Below the pieces are notes generated by a model, which was given only the letters and a program-made list of their open reading frames with translations, was not told the DNA's origin and did no database searches. DNA of 64,000 bases from Hypanus sabinus (lineage: Eukaryota), in contig NC_082716.1 of assembly GCF_030144855.1 (NCBI RefSeq), forward strand, positions 66,836,001 to 66,900,000. Direction: 5' to 3'. Shown here piece after piece: positions 12,820 through 25,200 of this stretch (positions are counted from its first letter, which is position 1; the number at the start of each line of letters is the position of its first letter). A program made the position numbers and the translations under genes.

Positions 12820-13200
12820 TCTGAGCGCCGCACACATACACGTTCCCGCGCGGGGAGCGAGCAATGCCAGTATTAAATATGGCGTCGGCCCGATCAAGCG
12901 GTCACAGCGAGTTGCGTCGCCGTGACGTCATTAGGAAGGCGCAGTATCGGTGTTCGGCGGCCTGGCGCCGGTCTTTGAATTGGAAAGTGCGGGAGCGGCA
13001 GTGTTTCCAGGAATGCGGAGTGCGGACAGCGATGGGGAGGCACAGCGGCCGCCAGACTTCTGGTTCATGCGCAAGGTGAGAGATGGCTACGCTTACCGGA
13101 AGGTGCTCGCTTGTGCCATAGTTCTTCCTCGGCCACGAGGTTGTGCTTCAGACTCCGTTACTGAAGCTGGAAAGGCCCAGGCTTGGCCGGCCTTCCACCG
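12820..13200 (+). promoter_or_regulatory. CpG-island promoter of NDC1 with CRE, YY1-like, E2F-like and CDE/CHR-like motifs
   Basis: The most CpG-dense non-TE stretch in the window. TTCCCGCG 12843-12850; AATATGGCG 12876-12884; TGACGTCA 12923-12930; GGCGCC-ggtc-TTTGAA 12964-12979. Confidence 0.8.
13013..13075 (+). CDS. NDC1: NDC1 coding exon 1 ([21 protein letters not shown])
   Basis: ATG within the CpG island; donor AAG|GTGAG; WFMRK joins in frame to VFSWR, as in fish NDC1 N-termini. Confidence 0.85.
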
Positions 13201-16200
13201 GTAATTTTCTTGCAAAGGTAGATAGGAAGCCAGTAAGGCTAATGGTTTCTGTGAAACTGACTGTGGAAAGTCATCAGGGTAATATTTTTATGTAGAACTT
13301 TGTCTCTCTTTCGACAGACGCTGACTGACCTACAGAGTCTCCCAACTCTGCAATGTTTCCTGTTTTTATTTCAGTTTCCCAGCACCTGCAGTTTTCTCCG
13401 ATTTTTCATTTAGTGTTTGAGTGTTTCGCCTGTCGGGGTCTCGTAGCTTGCTGTCACTAATGATTTCCTGAAGAGGTGTTAGAGCAGTTTTGGAGGGTTA
13501 CTGGTCCTGGCGGAACCAAATCCCAACTTGTTTTGGTAGTTGCTATTAGAGGCTGGAGTTGGGATTGGGAAGAGGAGTTTAGGATTTATTGACTTGAAAG
13601 CTGGATCAGATTATTGTAAATCCACTATCATGCTATCTCGATGAAGCGAGAAGATCCTTTGTTTCAATAACACAAGTATTCCTCAGTGTGGGGAAGAAAG
13701 TATATCAATGGACTTGTCAGATGAGCAGAAAATTGGCAAATTAGACTCAAAGCAGGAAAATGTGCAACACCAAACTAGGCAAGAAAGCCCAGAATGAAGG
13801 TGGGATATAAGAAATGTGCACTTAGAAAGAGCCTTGAAACTGCACATCCACAGCTCCCTACTGAGCAGCTTGGTACATTAGTTAAATCATGTGAGGCGTT
13901 CCTTCATTGGCTGCAGAAGAACAAACCCCACAGCTGGAATCTGCAAATGCTGGAAATAAATAAAAACGCAAAATGCTGGCAGAACTCAACAGGCCAGACA
14001 GCATCTATGGGAGGAGGTAGTGACGATGTTTCGGGCCGAAACCCTTCATCAGGAGCGAAGTAACATGGGATGGTCGAGGGGGGATAAGAAGAACATGGGA
14101 TGGTCGAGGGGGAATAAGAAGAACATGGGATGGTCGAGGGGGGATAAGAAGGGGGGTCCCCCCTCGACCATCCCATGTTACTTCACTCCTGATGAAGGGT
14201 TTCGGCCCGAAACGTCGTCACTACCTCCTCCCGTAGATGCTGTCTGGCCTGCTGAGTTCTGCCAGCATTTTGTGTTTTTATAGCTAGAAAAAGATATACA
14301 GTTCTGGTCAGCAACTAACAGTAAAGATTCAAAAGAGAAAATTCTCAAGAATCCTGCCAGGTAAGAGTGTGATGAACTTTGGTTTGGTGTCAACCGGGTT
14401 ACCTCTCATTTTCTTACTGAGGGTGAAAATGCTACAGTGTCTCAGAGTGGGAAAAGGTGAATAGAAATTTCACCGAAATGTGGAAAGATAGTTGCCTAAA
14501 TAGAGTCGATTAAATAATAGTGAAAGTCAGCTGGGGTAGAACTGGAATAAAGCAGTCATATGTCTTAATAATTGTTGTTGAGAATTTGCCCCAGCCCTGT
14601 GAAAGTGTTGATTTCAGTTCTGTCATCTTGCCTTGCAGGTGTTCAGTTGGCGAGCAGCAGCTGCCATTGCATGGTCTGTGCTGTTGCTGCCTGTCTCCAC
14701 AACTGTGTTTGTAATGTTTAGTCGACCAAATGTGTTCCACCCTGTTCAATGGATTACAGGTAATCACAATGTTAGTGGATTGGGGCCGGAATTCCCTCTC
14801 CAAATGCAGTCTAGCTGATGACGTCTTGTGTCCTATCTCTCTTTCTAGAGACATTGAACCACCTGAATAGTTCTTATATAATGTTTTCTTTCCTGGTGCT
14901 CTGTGGAGCTGCGGTGATTATTGGAATCTTCAATATGGAATATTATACAGGTATTAGAATTTTATTCTTTACATTTGGCTACTGATTTTTAAAGCCGATG
15001 TTCTAATTCAATCTCTTGTTTGATTTTCAGATAAATTTTTGATGCTCAAGTTTCACACTTGAGGTTTGAAATCATGAATTATGATTTATAATTGGCATTT
15101 TTCAACGTAATTTAATTTAATAGAAATTTTAGTCAATTATCAATTAAAACAAGAGGAAGTGACTTGTATTTATTGTATTTTTTTTATAAGAGTGTATTTT
15201 TTCACATAAGCTACATGATTGAAATTTGTATTCGTTTTGACAGTGTCACTTGGCCGCTGTACTTGGTAGCAGTGAGAAAGGGGCATGATCCAGATGGTGG
15301 GGGTGCTTAATGATAATTTCTGCCTACTTGAGGTTTTGCCTCCAATAGATGCTATCAATGGTGGGGAGGGTTGTGCTTGTGATAGATCAGGCTGTGAGAA
15401 CTACTCTTCCAGCCTCTTGCATTGTAATTGTCATACCCCAGACCATGATGCAACCAGTCAGGATACTTTTTACAGTTTGAGTATTTGGTGACATGCCAAA
15501 TTTTCTCAAGCTTCTGATAAAGTAGAGGTGCTGGAGTGCCTTTGTGTGATTACATTTGTGTGCTGGATCCAAGATATGATATCTTGAGACGTTAGCATCC
15601 ATGAATTTAAAATGCATTAAGTTGGTCAAGGGACATTTTCAAATGATTTGCCTCCTTATCTACTTTTCCAAACAAATAAGCCCTAGCAGAGTTTCAAACC
15701 TGCTGAACTTTTTTTTAAAGAAAATTCTGTCCTTCGTTTCCAGTGGAGCCTTCTATTCCGTGTAGTCGGATAGCACTCATAGGGAATGTGTTCCATCCTC
15801 ATCGGTTCATTCATTCAGTGGTCCATGCAGTGATCGGAATGCTGATGGCCTGGTGTGCTGCTGTCATAGCTGGGGGGCGTTACCAGATGATCAGTGTACC
15901 TTGTTCGTCTCAGGACAGGTAAGCATGGCATTGATCAAAATGAGGGCACTTATAAAATATCCTTGTTTGTAGTTTCTGTGCGCCTTGTCCTTTCTCTTGT
16001 ATTTTTACCTTTTAACTTTGATCTTCTCGTTGCAGTTCTGCATCCAGTGGCAGCATGTGCCTGAATGAGTTTCATGTTTTCTTATTGATGGAAGGAGCAT
16101 TTATCGGATACAGTTACAGTCTGCTTTATTTTATTAACAACTTAAATTATTTATCTTTCCCAACTCTGCAGGTAAGGTTACTGTTAAGTTCTACTTCAAA

Positions 16201-19200
16201 TATTCTAAAAGCAGATCAATTTCTATTGTACTAAATATTTGTTTTAAAGCAGCACGTTGAAGTCATTTGTCCAGACTTCAAAGCCCCGTTCTAAAGCAAG
16301 CTTGCTGCCATCTGCCCATTGCCTCTTTAGGCATCTATTTTTTGGTTCTGCTCTATTCCCTCTGGTGTCCTCTCTGGCCATGTTTTTAAATTGTAACTTT
16401 TTTGTTTGGTTTGGCATCTTGGTCAGCTGATGTAACGATCTACTAGCTCCTGCACCTCTGCTCATACCTCTGTTCCTCACCTCCTTCCTTGTGGCAGTTA
16501 CTGTGTAGCCCAGTTGCAAGTGGTGCTTAACCCTGGCATGAATAATGGAAATGTGTTTCTTGCTTAGCATTGTGACAAGTTGTAACACTACATTTAACGT
16601 GTAGAAGGAAAGTGAGGTCATCCTTTTGCAGTTTATGGACATGCTGGTTGCATTGTTTCGATTTAAAATTTTGCAAAAGTCTTACAGGGCTTTTGATTTG
16701 TGGTCCCTTTAACAGGAGATGAATAAAATAGAAACTAGACAGCCACAAACCGCATCTTCTAGGTATAATATTTAAATATCAATTCAGGTGTGTAATCTCA
16801 GTTAAAACTAATCTGGACCCTCTGAGTACCTGTAGCTTAATCATTGTGGAACTAAAAAGAAGTGGTGGGACTTTGACTTGTGCTGTTAAATGATTCTTTT
16901 TTTGCTGGATTAGACGGAGCAAAAACTAGTCGGGACATTAAAGACTGAAAATGGTACAGGGAACAGTGTTGATAATTCCCTTGCTACCATTGTCTTTAGA
17001 GTATGCAGTGTGCAGGCTGCCTTTTGAATGGGTTACACTGGTGTTCTATATCTGTGAATGGTGCCTTAGTAAGAGGAAGGGCGATAATTTATTGGTATTG
17101 GTTTATCATTGGAAATGCCAGGTGTACCATGATACAGTGGAAAATCTTGCCTTGCATATTGTTCATACAGATCAATTATTACACAGTGCATCAAAGTAGA
17201 ATGAGGTGAAATATTAACAATGCAGAATAAAGTGTAAAAGCTACAAAAAAGTGCAGTGCAGGTAAATGTTAAAGTGCAATATCATAATGAGCTAGATTTA
17301 AGGAAGGGGAAAAAGTAATCTTATCTTTTTTTTTTGTAGCAATTCAAGTACCTGCGTTTTAAAGCAAACCTGCCACTGGTCATTAAATACAGTGCTGTGC
17401 AGTCATTGTATTTCCTCAGGAACTACTGCATCCTTTACTACTTTCTAGGTAACTTTTTTTTTTAATTGTCAGTCCAGGTTCATAAGATTGTATCGCTCTC
17501 ATGCAATGATTGCCTCTGCTTGTCCTCCATGCTTTCTGCTCCACTGAATATATCCATTGAGTTACTACTTTGGAATGTTCATTGGGTGACCAGATGCAAG
17601 CAATAGCAGTGCAAAATGGAAGAATACAAATAATACTTTTCAATGAATAAAAACTTGTTAATTATTTTGATTACTAAATTAGAATACAAACATAAAATGT
17701 TTTTGTGAAGGAGTTCAGTTATGGTAGATTGTTGACATCACACGCTGTCCATCCATAATAGGGATGGGGAGAAGAGAGGTGAATACAATAAGGGGAAATA
17801 ACCTGAATAAACTTAGGTTTAAAGATGAAAGAGTTAATAACTATAATAGGTAATGTTTTGTATGAATCTACTGAAGTCTGGTTAATATTTCATAATCTTG
17901 GTATAGACTTCTGCAATTGCCTTTGCAAATTTCTGCTCTTCTAGCCTGTTTTGCAATTTAGCAGTAACTTGGTGTACAATAACATCAGCACTTATATTCT
18001 GTTTATCATTTCATTTCTATTCTCATGGCTACAACCATGAACTTTGATTTTGAAAACAAATTAAAGATCTTGGTGTGTATTTTACTTTCATGCATCTGTA
18101 GCCTCTGTTTATTGCTCTTAATGTTGAAAGGTAAAGTGCAATGAGCTTATTCATAAATATTAAATTTCAATACTACTTTTTTTATTGGCAGTATTGCCTT
18201 GTAGCCAAAATCGGCTCAATTAATTTTGAACCAATTAATCTTGAAGGTCCTTAATTTGATTTTTCTGTTATATTTTTATTTTAATCCCTAGGTTATGTGC
18301 CAAGAGCTTGGATAAGTGCCTCAACGACCCTTCAAAAGGACAGGTTCGTGAGCTGAATACTAAGTATTCAGTCAATGATGTTTGATATGGTACCTACTAA
18401 TTATTTTGAAGTTTTTTGTTTTATTTCTTTTTCTCTATCACTGGCCAAGGGCATCGAAGCCAAAATGGTTAGGATCGGGTTGAACTCATAAGGCCTCCTG
18501 GGTTTAAACCTATTATGTTTGTTTTGCCCTCTGGCAATCCACTGATGTATTTTATCCACTGAGATAGACTGGAGATACTGAATATCGTCTATCAAAAAAT
18601 CGGGGGCTTGTAGATCAGAAATAGTTTTTGGTAAGGAAAATGATTTTAAGCATCCTAATTCTAAATGCTGAATTTAGCCAGGTCAGGTTGAGCACAAATT
18701 TAAAATCTGGCTCTGTCCAAAGCAGAAACCTTTCTTCTGCCTCTTCCCCTTCCACAGATCTTCATTTAAATTTGAATCCTTTTCTATAACGTATCTGTGG
18801 CATTGTACAAAATTCGCAATTCCCCAAAACCTAGCACAAAGAAGCATGTTGGGATAAACAGTTCAAAAGATTAATGTAACGGTTATGTACCCTGAGTTTA
18901 ATCATGCAAAACTATTTTCTGCTTTACTTCAATATTCTTGCATCTGAGCAGTGATCTTTGCCGAAGAGTGTAGTGAAGCAGTTCAGGTATACGCTTAACT
19001 TCCGTGTGGCTTTTTAGAAAGTGGTGTGTCTGTCAGATGACCACAGTGAGATCCAATATTTCCAGAAGTAGTGCTGATTTGTGAATGAGCACTTGGAAAA
19101 TAAAACTATCTGTAACTTTTTCTGAAGCATACAGCATTCCCTGGATACCCTGACTGGACTGTTTGACTTGCCGCTACTCTACACGACCTGGCTAAGTGGT

Positions 19201-22200
19201 ACATTTCTCTTGGTTACCTGGTACGTTACATGGGTGCTCTTTAAAATCTTTGTCACAGAGGTGAGTATGGAATACATATGTTAACTGTTTAGATAAGATC
19301 TCCTGAATTACAGTTATTCTAAATATAAAGGTATTGTAATTGCCAACATACTATCGCCAAGCAACCTTTGGGTAAACAATGTTGATGAGAGAAGATAGGA
19401 TGTGAGCATAAACCTACATGAAATATTTACATGTGAGAGTGGCGGGGGTGGGGGGAAGGTTTCATATGTGGTCCATGTAAAAGGGGAAAATGCTGTTTTA
19501 TCAATATTTTACAATCTGGTAAAAACAAAACATTGTCACAGAAATAATTGTACATTAGTAAGAGAAAGATCATGAACTTGAAGCACAGAAATGACAAGTC
19601 TTAAATCATTGTTCTCAAGTGCAATTGAGGTACCAAAAATAGTGGGAACTTCAGAATATAATGAGATTAAAGGATTTATAGCAATTAATGTCAGTTTAAA
19701 AATAAGAAAGTAGACATCTAAAAGCTGACAAATCCTCTAGACCTGAGACAGCTTGTAGGATTCTGAAAGAGATGGCTGTTGAGATAGTGAACAGAAGGTG
19801 ATTTTTTTTTTCTAAAATTCCCAACGTTCTCTCAGTCCCTGCAGATGGAAAGGTAGCAATTAGAAGAATGATGTTCAAAAACAAAAGGCAAAAAATGGTT
19901 AGTTCTATGCCAGTTGGTCTATAATGACAACCAAATACATGAAGAATAACTGTGTTGATATGTAATTTTTAGAAGTCTCTTAACATGGTGCTACACAAAA
20001 AAAAGGAACAGGCTTGCGGTTCAGATTTTAACACGGATAAGAAGATCAACTAAATAGCTGAAGACAGTAGGAATGAATCAGTCTTTTTCAGATTGACCGT
20101 AGCAATGACCTCATTCTTGCGTCTGAGCAGAGATCTTTAGTGAAGGTTATAGTGAAGCAGATTCCACTGTACTAACAGCAATTTTGGATATGTTATATCA
20201 TGATCTTTTATTCATATCATTACCATTACAGTCTATGGTATAATACAATCTGTATAGTATTACATATCTAAAGTTGCTGCTGCTGCAATGAAAAAGAGAT
20301 CTGGAGAGAGTGCAAAGAGTCTGCAGAAGGATTTAAATCCAGAAGGGTGGAATGGGCAGATAGCAGTTTGGCAGGTGGAGAATAATATGGTTAAAGGTGA
20401 GGTTACTCACATCAATACAAGTAATAGAAAAGTTTTTTTTAATGGCAAGAGACAAATGTAAGATGTGATGTGATGGTTCATGAAGCACAGTGTTGTTATG
20501 CAGCTGCAACACAGTTAGGGTACAAATGACACTTTGGGATTTGTGGCAAGAGGATTGAGGCACAACAGGAAAGATGTCTTGCTGCATTTGGAACAAGGCT
20601 GTAGTGAGGCCGCCTGATGTACACTATGGGGTCAGTTTTGGTTTCTGTGCTGAAGTAGAATGTACTTGGATGCAGTGCAGCATGGATTCAGCTGATAGTT
20701 ACCAGAATGAACTTGGACTTACTGGAAATGAAAAGAATAAGAACTGACCATATTAGAAGCAAGATAAATTACTGAGAGTTATTGACAGGTTGATACTACA
20801 TACAGCTCTGAAGTCTAAATTAACATCAGAGTCTTGGGGTTAGGAGCTTGCTTATTAAGGCAGAATTGATAAGTTATTTCTTTATTCATACAGTTGTAGA
20901 TATTAAGAAGGCTGTGGGTGCTCATTGGTTTGGAATGTTTAATGCACATTCTTGAGCAGTGATTGGGAAATGGACGTGAGATACAGGATCTGATTTAACC
21001 TATGAAATGACATGACTTGGCTCCAGCGGGCTTATGACATGTTCAAAGTAAAATTTATTATCAGAGTACATACGTGTCACCACATACAACCCTGGGATTC
21101 TTTTTCCTGCAGGCATACAGTACTTAGCAAATCTATAGAACAGTAACTAAACGGGATCAATAAACAACAAACTGCAAATATAAATAAGGGCATGAAATAG
21201 CAAGATAAAAAGTCCATAAACTGAGACCATTGGTTTTTCAAGAGCCTGATGGTTGAGGGGTAATAACTGTTCTTGAACCTGGTGATGTGAGTCCTGAGCC
21301 ATTTGTACCTTCTACCTGATAGCAGCAGCAAGAAAAGAAGACAGCCTGAGCGGTGTGGATTTTTGATTATGGATGCTGCATTTCATGTAGATAAGGACAA
21401 TGGCTGGGAGGGTTTTACCTGTGATGTACTGTGCCAAATCCACTACCTTTTGTAGGATTTTCCACTAAAAGGCATTGGCTATTTGCTAGTAATTGCGATT
21501 TCCAAACTTGATTGTGGATGAGCAAATCATGTTTGAATCTTGAGAGTTTTCTATTACTAGCTTTAAAATGTAGAAGAAATATTTTTATCAATATATCAAC
21601 ATAAGTAGATTAGCGAACTTAAATGCTGACCACATTATAGAGTGTCACTGCTTTAGCTGCTGATGTTCTTCCTGTCCATCTGTGTTTGTCAAGAGTCATG
21701 TGTCGCTGTATTAGAATATCAGAAAGTTCCTGTTTCGGTCCTATCTTTGAATAAGGACAAATTTAGATTATTGACAATTTTTGAAAAGTTCAGAATTCAT
21801 TTACAGTATTGTGCTTGCTTGTGGTTTGAAGGTTCCATCATGTATTGTGTTTTTCCATTGATTCAGGTATTCCAATTTTCTGTGCAGTCCACTTTTGGAG
21901 AGGATGGCGATCAGTGTCTTCCTAAAATTCTAACTGCCAATGTTTCCCCTTGTGTAAAGGTAAAACGGTCACAATAGTTCCAGTTGATTGGCTAGACGGT
22001 GCCAGCAAGCTGCTAACTACATGTGCACATCTGTTTTGCAGTACCTTGCATTGCAAGATTTGGCCTTGCTTTCTCAATATTCACCCTGTCGAAGACAAGA
22101 AGTATTCAGCCTTAGCCAACCAGGTATGGCCAAGTTCCTCATTAAGAAATCTCTTGGATATTAAATGCAAGATTGTACTGATTTGAAGAGTTGATATTCT

Positions 22201-25200
22201 GCATGGATTGATGTTGATTTTTAGGAATTGGGTGGGAAGATGCAGCCATTTGTAATAATCCTGATCCTTGTGCATTATTTACTAGGAGTGCATTTATTAC
22301 TGTCAGTTTTTGTACAGTGATGTGGTTGCAGAATTATTCAATTGATTTTTGGGGTACTGATAAATGTATTAATTTTGGTGGTTATAGAGCTCACTTTTTA
22401 GTAAGCACAAGCTGGTGGGGGGCATCTCTTGTGGAAGTTAGTATTTTGGTTACTATGACTATCATCCTGGAAATGTGCAACAGATCACAATTTCATCTTA
22501 GTGTCTGTGTCACTCATTTCAATCTCATTTCACTTTTGCTTTTCTCCATCACAACTCACTTTTTCTAAAATTGTCTCTCAACTATCTCTATCAGATCCTT
22601 TGTCACAGATTTCCCAATGAGTTTAATTCTTAACAGCATTCTAATCCACTTAAATCTGTAAACTCCTTGTTGCTTGAAAAGTTACTTGCTGAGAAAGTCA
22701 ATACGATTTCAGTTCAGGTGCTTCATCTGGAGTGTATGAACCGAATCATGTGAGGACATTCTTGATGAGATTTTAATGCAAGTCTCTGTTTCAGGTTCCA
22801 CTCAATCCTATAGAACATTACAGCACAGCAACAGGCCTTTTGGCCCTTCTTGGCTGTGCCAAACCACTTCATCTGGCAGCTCATTCCACACTCCCACCAC
22901 TCACTGTGTGAAGAAGCCCCCCCCCCCCCCATGTTCCCTTTAAACTTTGTGATTTTTTCTCTGTTTTTTGTTTCACTCAGTGTTTTAGGTTGTGCTTTCG
23001 AGAAAGTGCTATATAAGTTAAATATTAGCTTAAATTTTAACTTAATGACTGTAGTTGATCACTTTTGTTCTTAATTTAAGGTGGCCATCCTCATAATTGG
23101 ATAGCCATATCAGGTGAATGCTTAGCCTTGCTAAATGACCTAACACACAAGCTGATCGAGTATCAGGAAGCCTTAGCCGCCAATGGTCGAGTCAAACCAT
23201 ATCCCACTCCTGGAGAAGGTCACCAGTCAAGTACATCAGGTCAGATCTCAAGTTTAATTTTTAAAAGATGCTATGTAATTTTTCTTTGTACATTGTGTGT
23301 CAGGTTACTAATGGACAGCATTTATTTGATGTGCTGCATGGGACATTTTGGATATAAGACTAAAGGACATAGAATAGACCAAAACTTCAATCTAATGTTC
23401 CTTTTTGTTTCTCCATTTCATAGTTACAATAATTTCTCGGCAGTGGAATACCTGAAATCTATCACTTGCTTCCAAAACGCAGTCCAGAATTGCTGCAACG
23501 TGTTTTGGCATTTTTTAAGCAATAACAAATTGATTTAGATTTTTATTTGAATGAATAGCTGTGGAAAATCTGAAATAAAAACTGAAGGTGTTTTAAATGC
23601 ACAGCAGGCCAAGCGCAGGGTAGCCATTTGAAATTGGTGGCCTTTCATCAATTCTGAAAGAAGTTAGAGCAAGTAGGTTTATAAGATGCAGAGGAGAGTG
23701 GAAGTGAAGGATCAGGAACTGGGATGAATGGAGCTGTAAGCTGGAGAAGAAACTTCTGATATAAAGTTCCACCACTAACTTAGTCCTGTTCCCTCTCTTC
23801 CCGCTACCCACATATCCACCAGCCCTTGTGGCCAAATTGTCGTCATTTGTGAACGGGATATCAGTGTTGTGCTAGAAGTAGTGGAATGCAGAGTTTGGAG
23901 TGGAGAAGTTTATAGAGATAAGGGAGCTTGAACATGTGAATTATAAATCAATGTTTTAATTAGATTTTTTATCTTTCAGTAGCCATCCTATTTATGACCT
24001 AAACTTGCAACAATCTAGTTTTGTGTGACAGCCCTGTCATAGGCATGCCTTCATTGTCATCTTCTGTTACAGAAACATCTTGTCTTGAAGAGCCTGCCAG
24101 CTACCAGCCTTCCCGAAAGATGCCATTCCGTACTCCTTTTCCCCAAAGCCCCCTGGATTCACCAATGAACAAGTCCTCCTCCTTGAAGAGCCTCCTCAGC
24201 CTCCCCTTTACACCAGATTTGGGCAGTCCTTTTGACTCGTCTGCTGTGACCCACTTGAATGACTTAGGTTCTCCTTACTATGGCTCAGTGCAGGGCCCTC
24301 GTTTACTGAAGCGGGGACCAAAAATTTGGTCGTCAGCATCTCGTTCCACAGGTATGTCTGTGCTATAGTTTGGTCTACAGAAAAGTGAAACAGCCTTATT
24401 AGAAGCTTTTGTTTATGGAAAAATTAAAAGTAAAGTTTTCACTGAGATTGAACTAATCTTGTCAGAGGCTTTACAAATTGAATATGGTAATGTATAAATT
24501 GATCAAAATGTGTAAGGTTTTACAAGTTAATAATTGCTGTCTTTTTTGAGCATCCATTTATTGCCTTTCTTCACTGTTAACTTCTGTGATTTACCTGCAC
24601 TTGTGCGGTTGTATAGAAATTGGAATTCTAGAGACAGATTCAAGATTATTGTTATTCTTCAGTACACAAGTATAAAATAGAACAAAACTATTGTTACTCT
24701 GGATCTGATGCAGCATAAAAATAAAATACAAACATAAAGAATACAATAAAAAGGTACATTAAATATAAAAGTAATCGTATAAAATACAATGAACTGTGAT
24801 AAACATGAGAGATCCTGCAGATTGTAGAAGTCTAGAGCAACACACACAAAATGCTGGAGGTACTTAGCATTATCAGGCCCTCCTGCCTGCCGCAGTACGG
24901 CTTCTGTATCACAGTGATGCAGCATATTAGGATGCTCCCAAGTGCATCTTTGCAAAGGCTAATGAACAAGAGTGGGCCAGTTTTTTTTTGTACTTTATTC
25001 AGTAACTTTTAATTCCAGTCCTACAATCTTTATATTATTGGCTTTCTATGCTATTGAATTCTTTCTGCCTTGTGCCTTAGTTATCTTGCCCTCTAGCACT
25101 TAAAATTTATACATCGCAACGCCATATTATTGTAAAAAAATGTTGATGTAAATCTCTTGAATTCCCTTTGAGTGCCTCATTAGTGAAAATGATTTGCCCT

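Noticed and set aside
12864-13079. 71-aa ORF over the promoter, and the ATG at 13032 as the NDC1 start
   Set aside because: Wrong frame for splicing to exon 2; only the 13013 frame gives WFMRK-VFSWR.
14020-14283. ORFs with repeated peptide units, and a CRISPR-like look of the 30-bp repeats
   Set aside because: The units are head-to-tail with no unique spacers, the context is eukaryotic, and no cas genes are present. The ORFs are by-products of the tandem and inverted repeat.
16244-16748. Antisense ORFs (132 aa and 73 aa) in NDC1 intron 5
   Set aside because: No recognisable motifs or splice/promoter support; consistent with chance ORFs.
23980-24003. Strong-looking acceptor ctttcag| upstream of exon 12
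   Set aside because: Using it gives an in-frame TAA within 7 codons.
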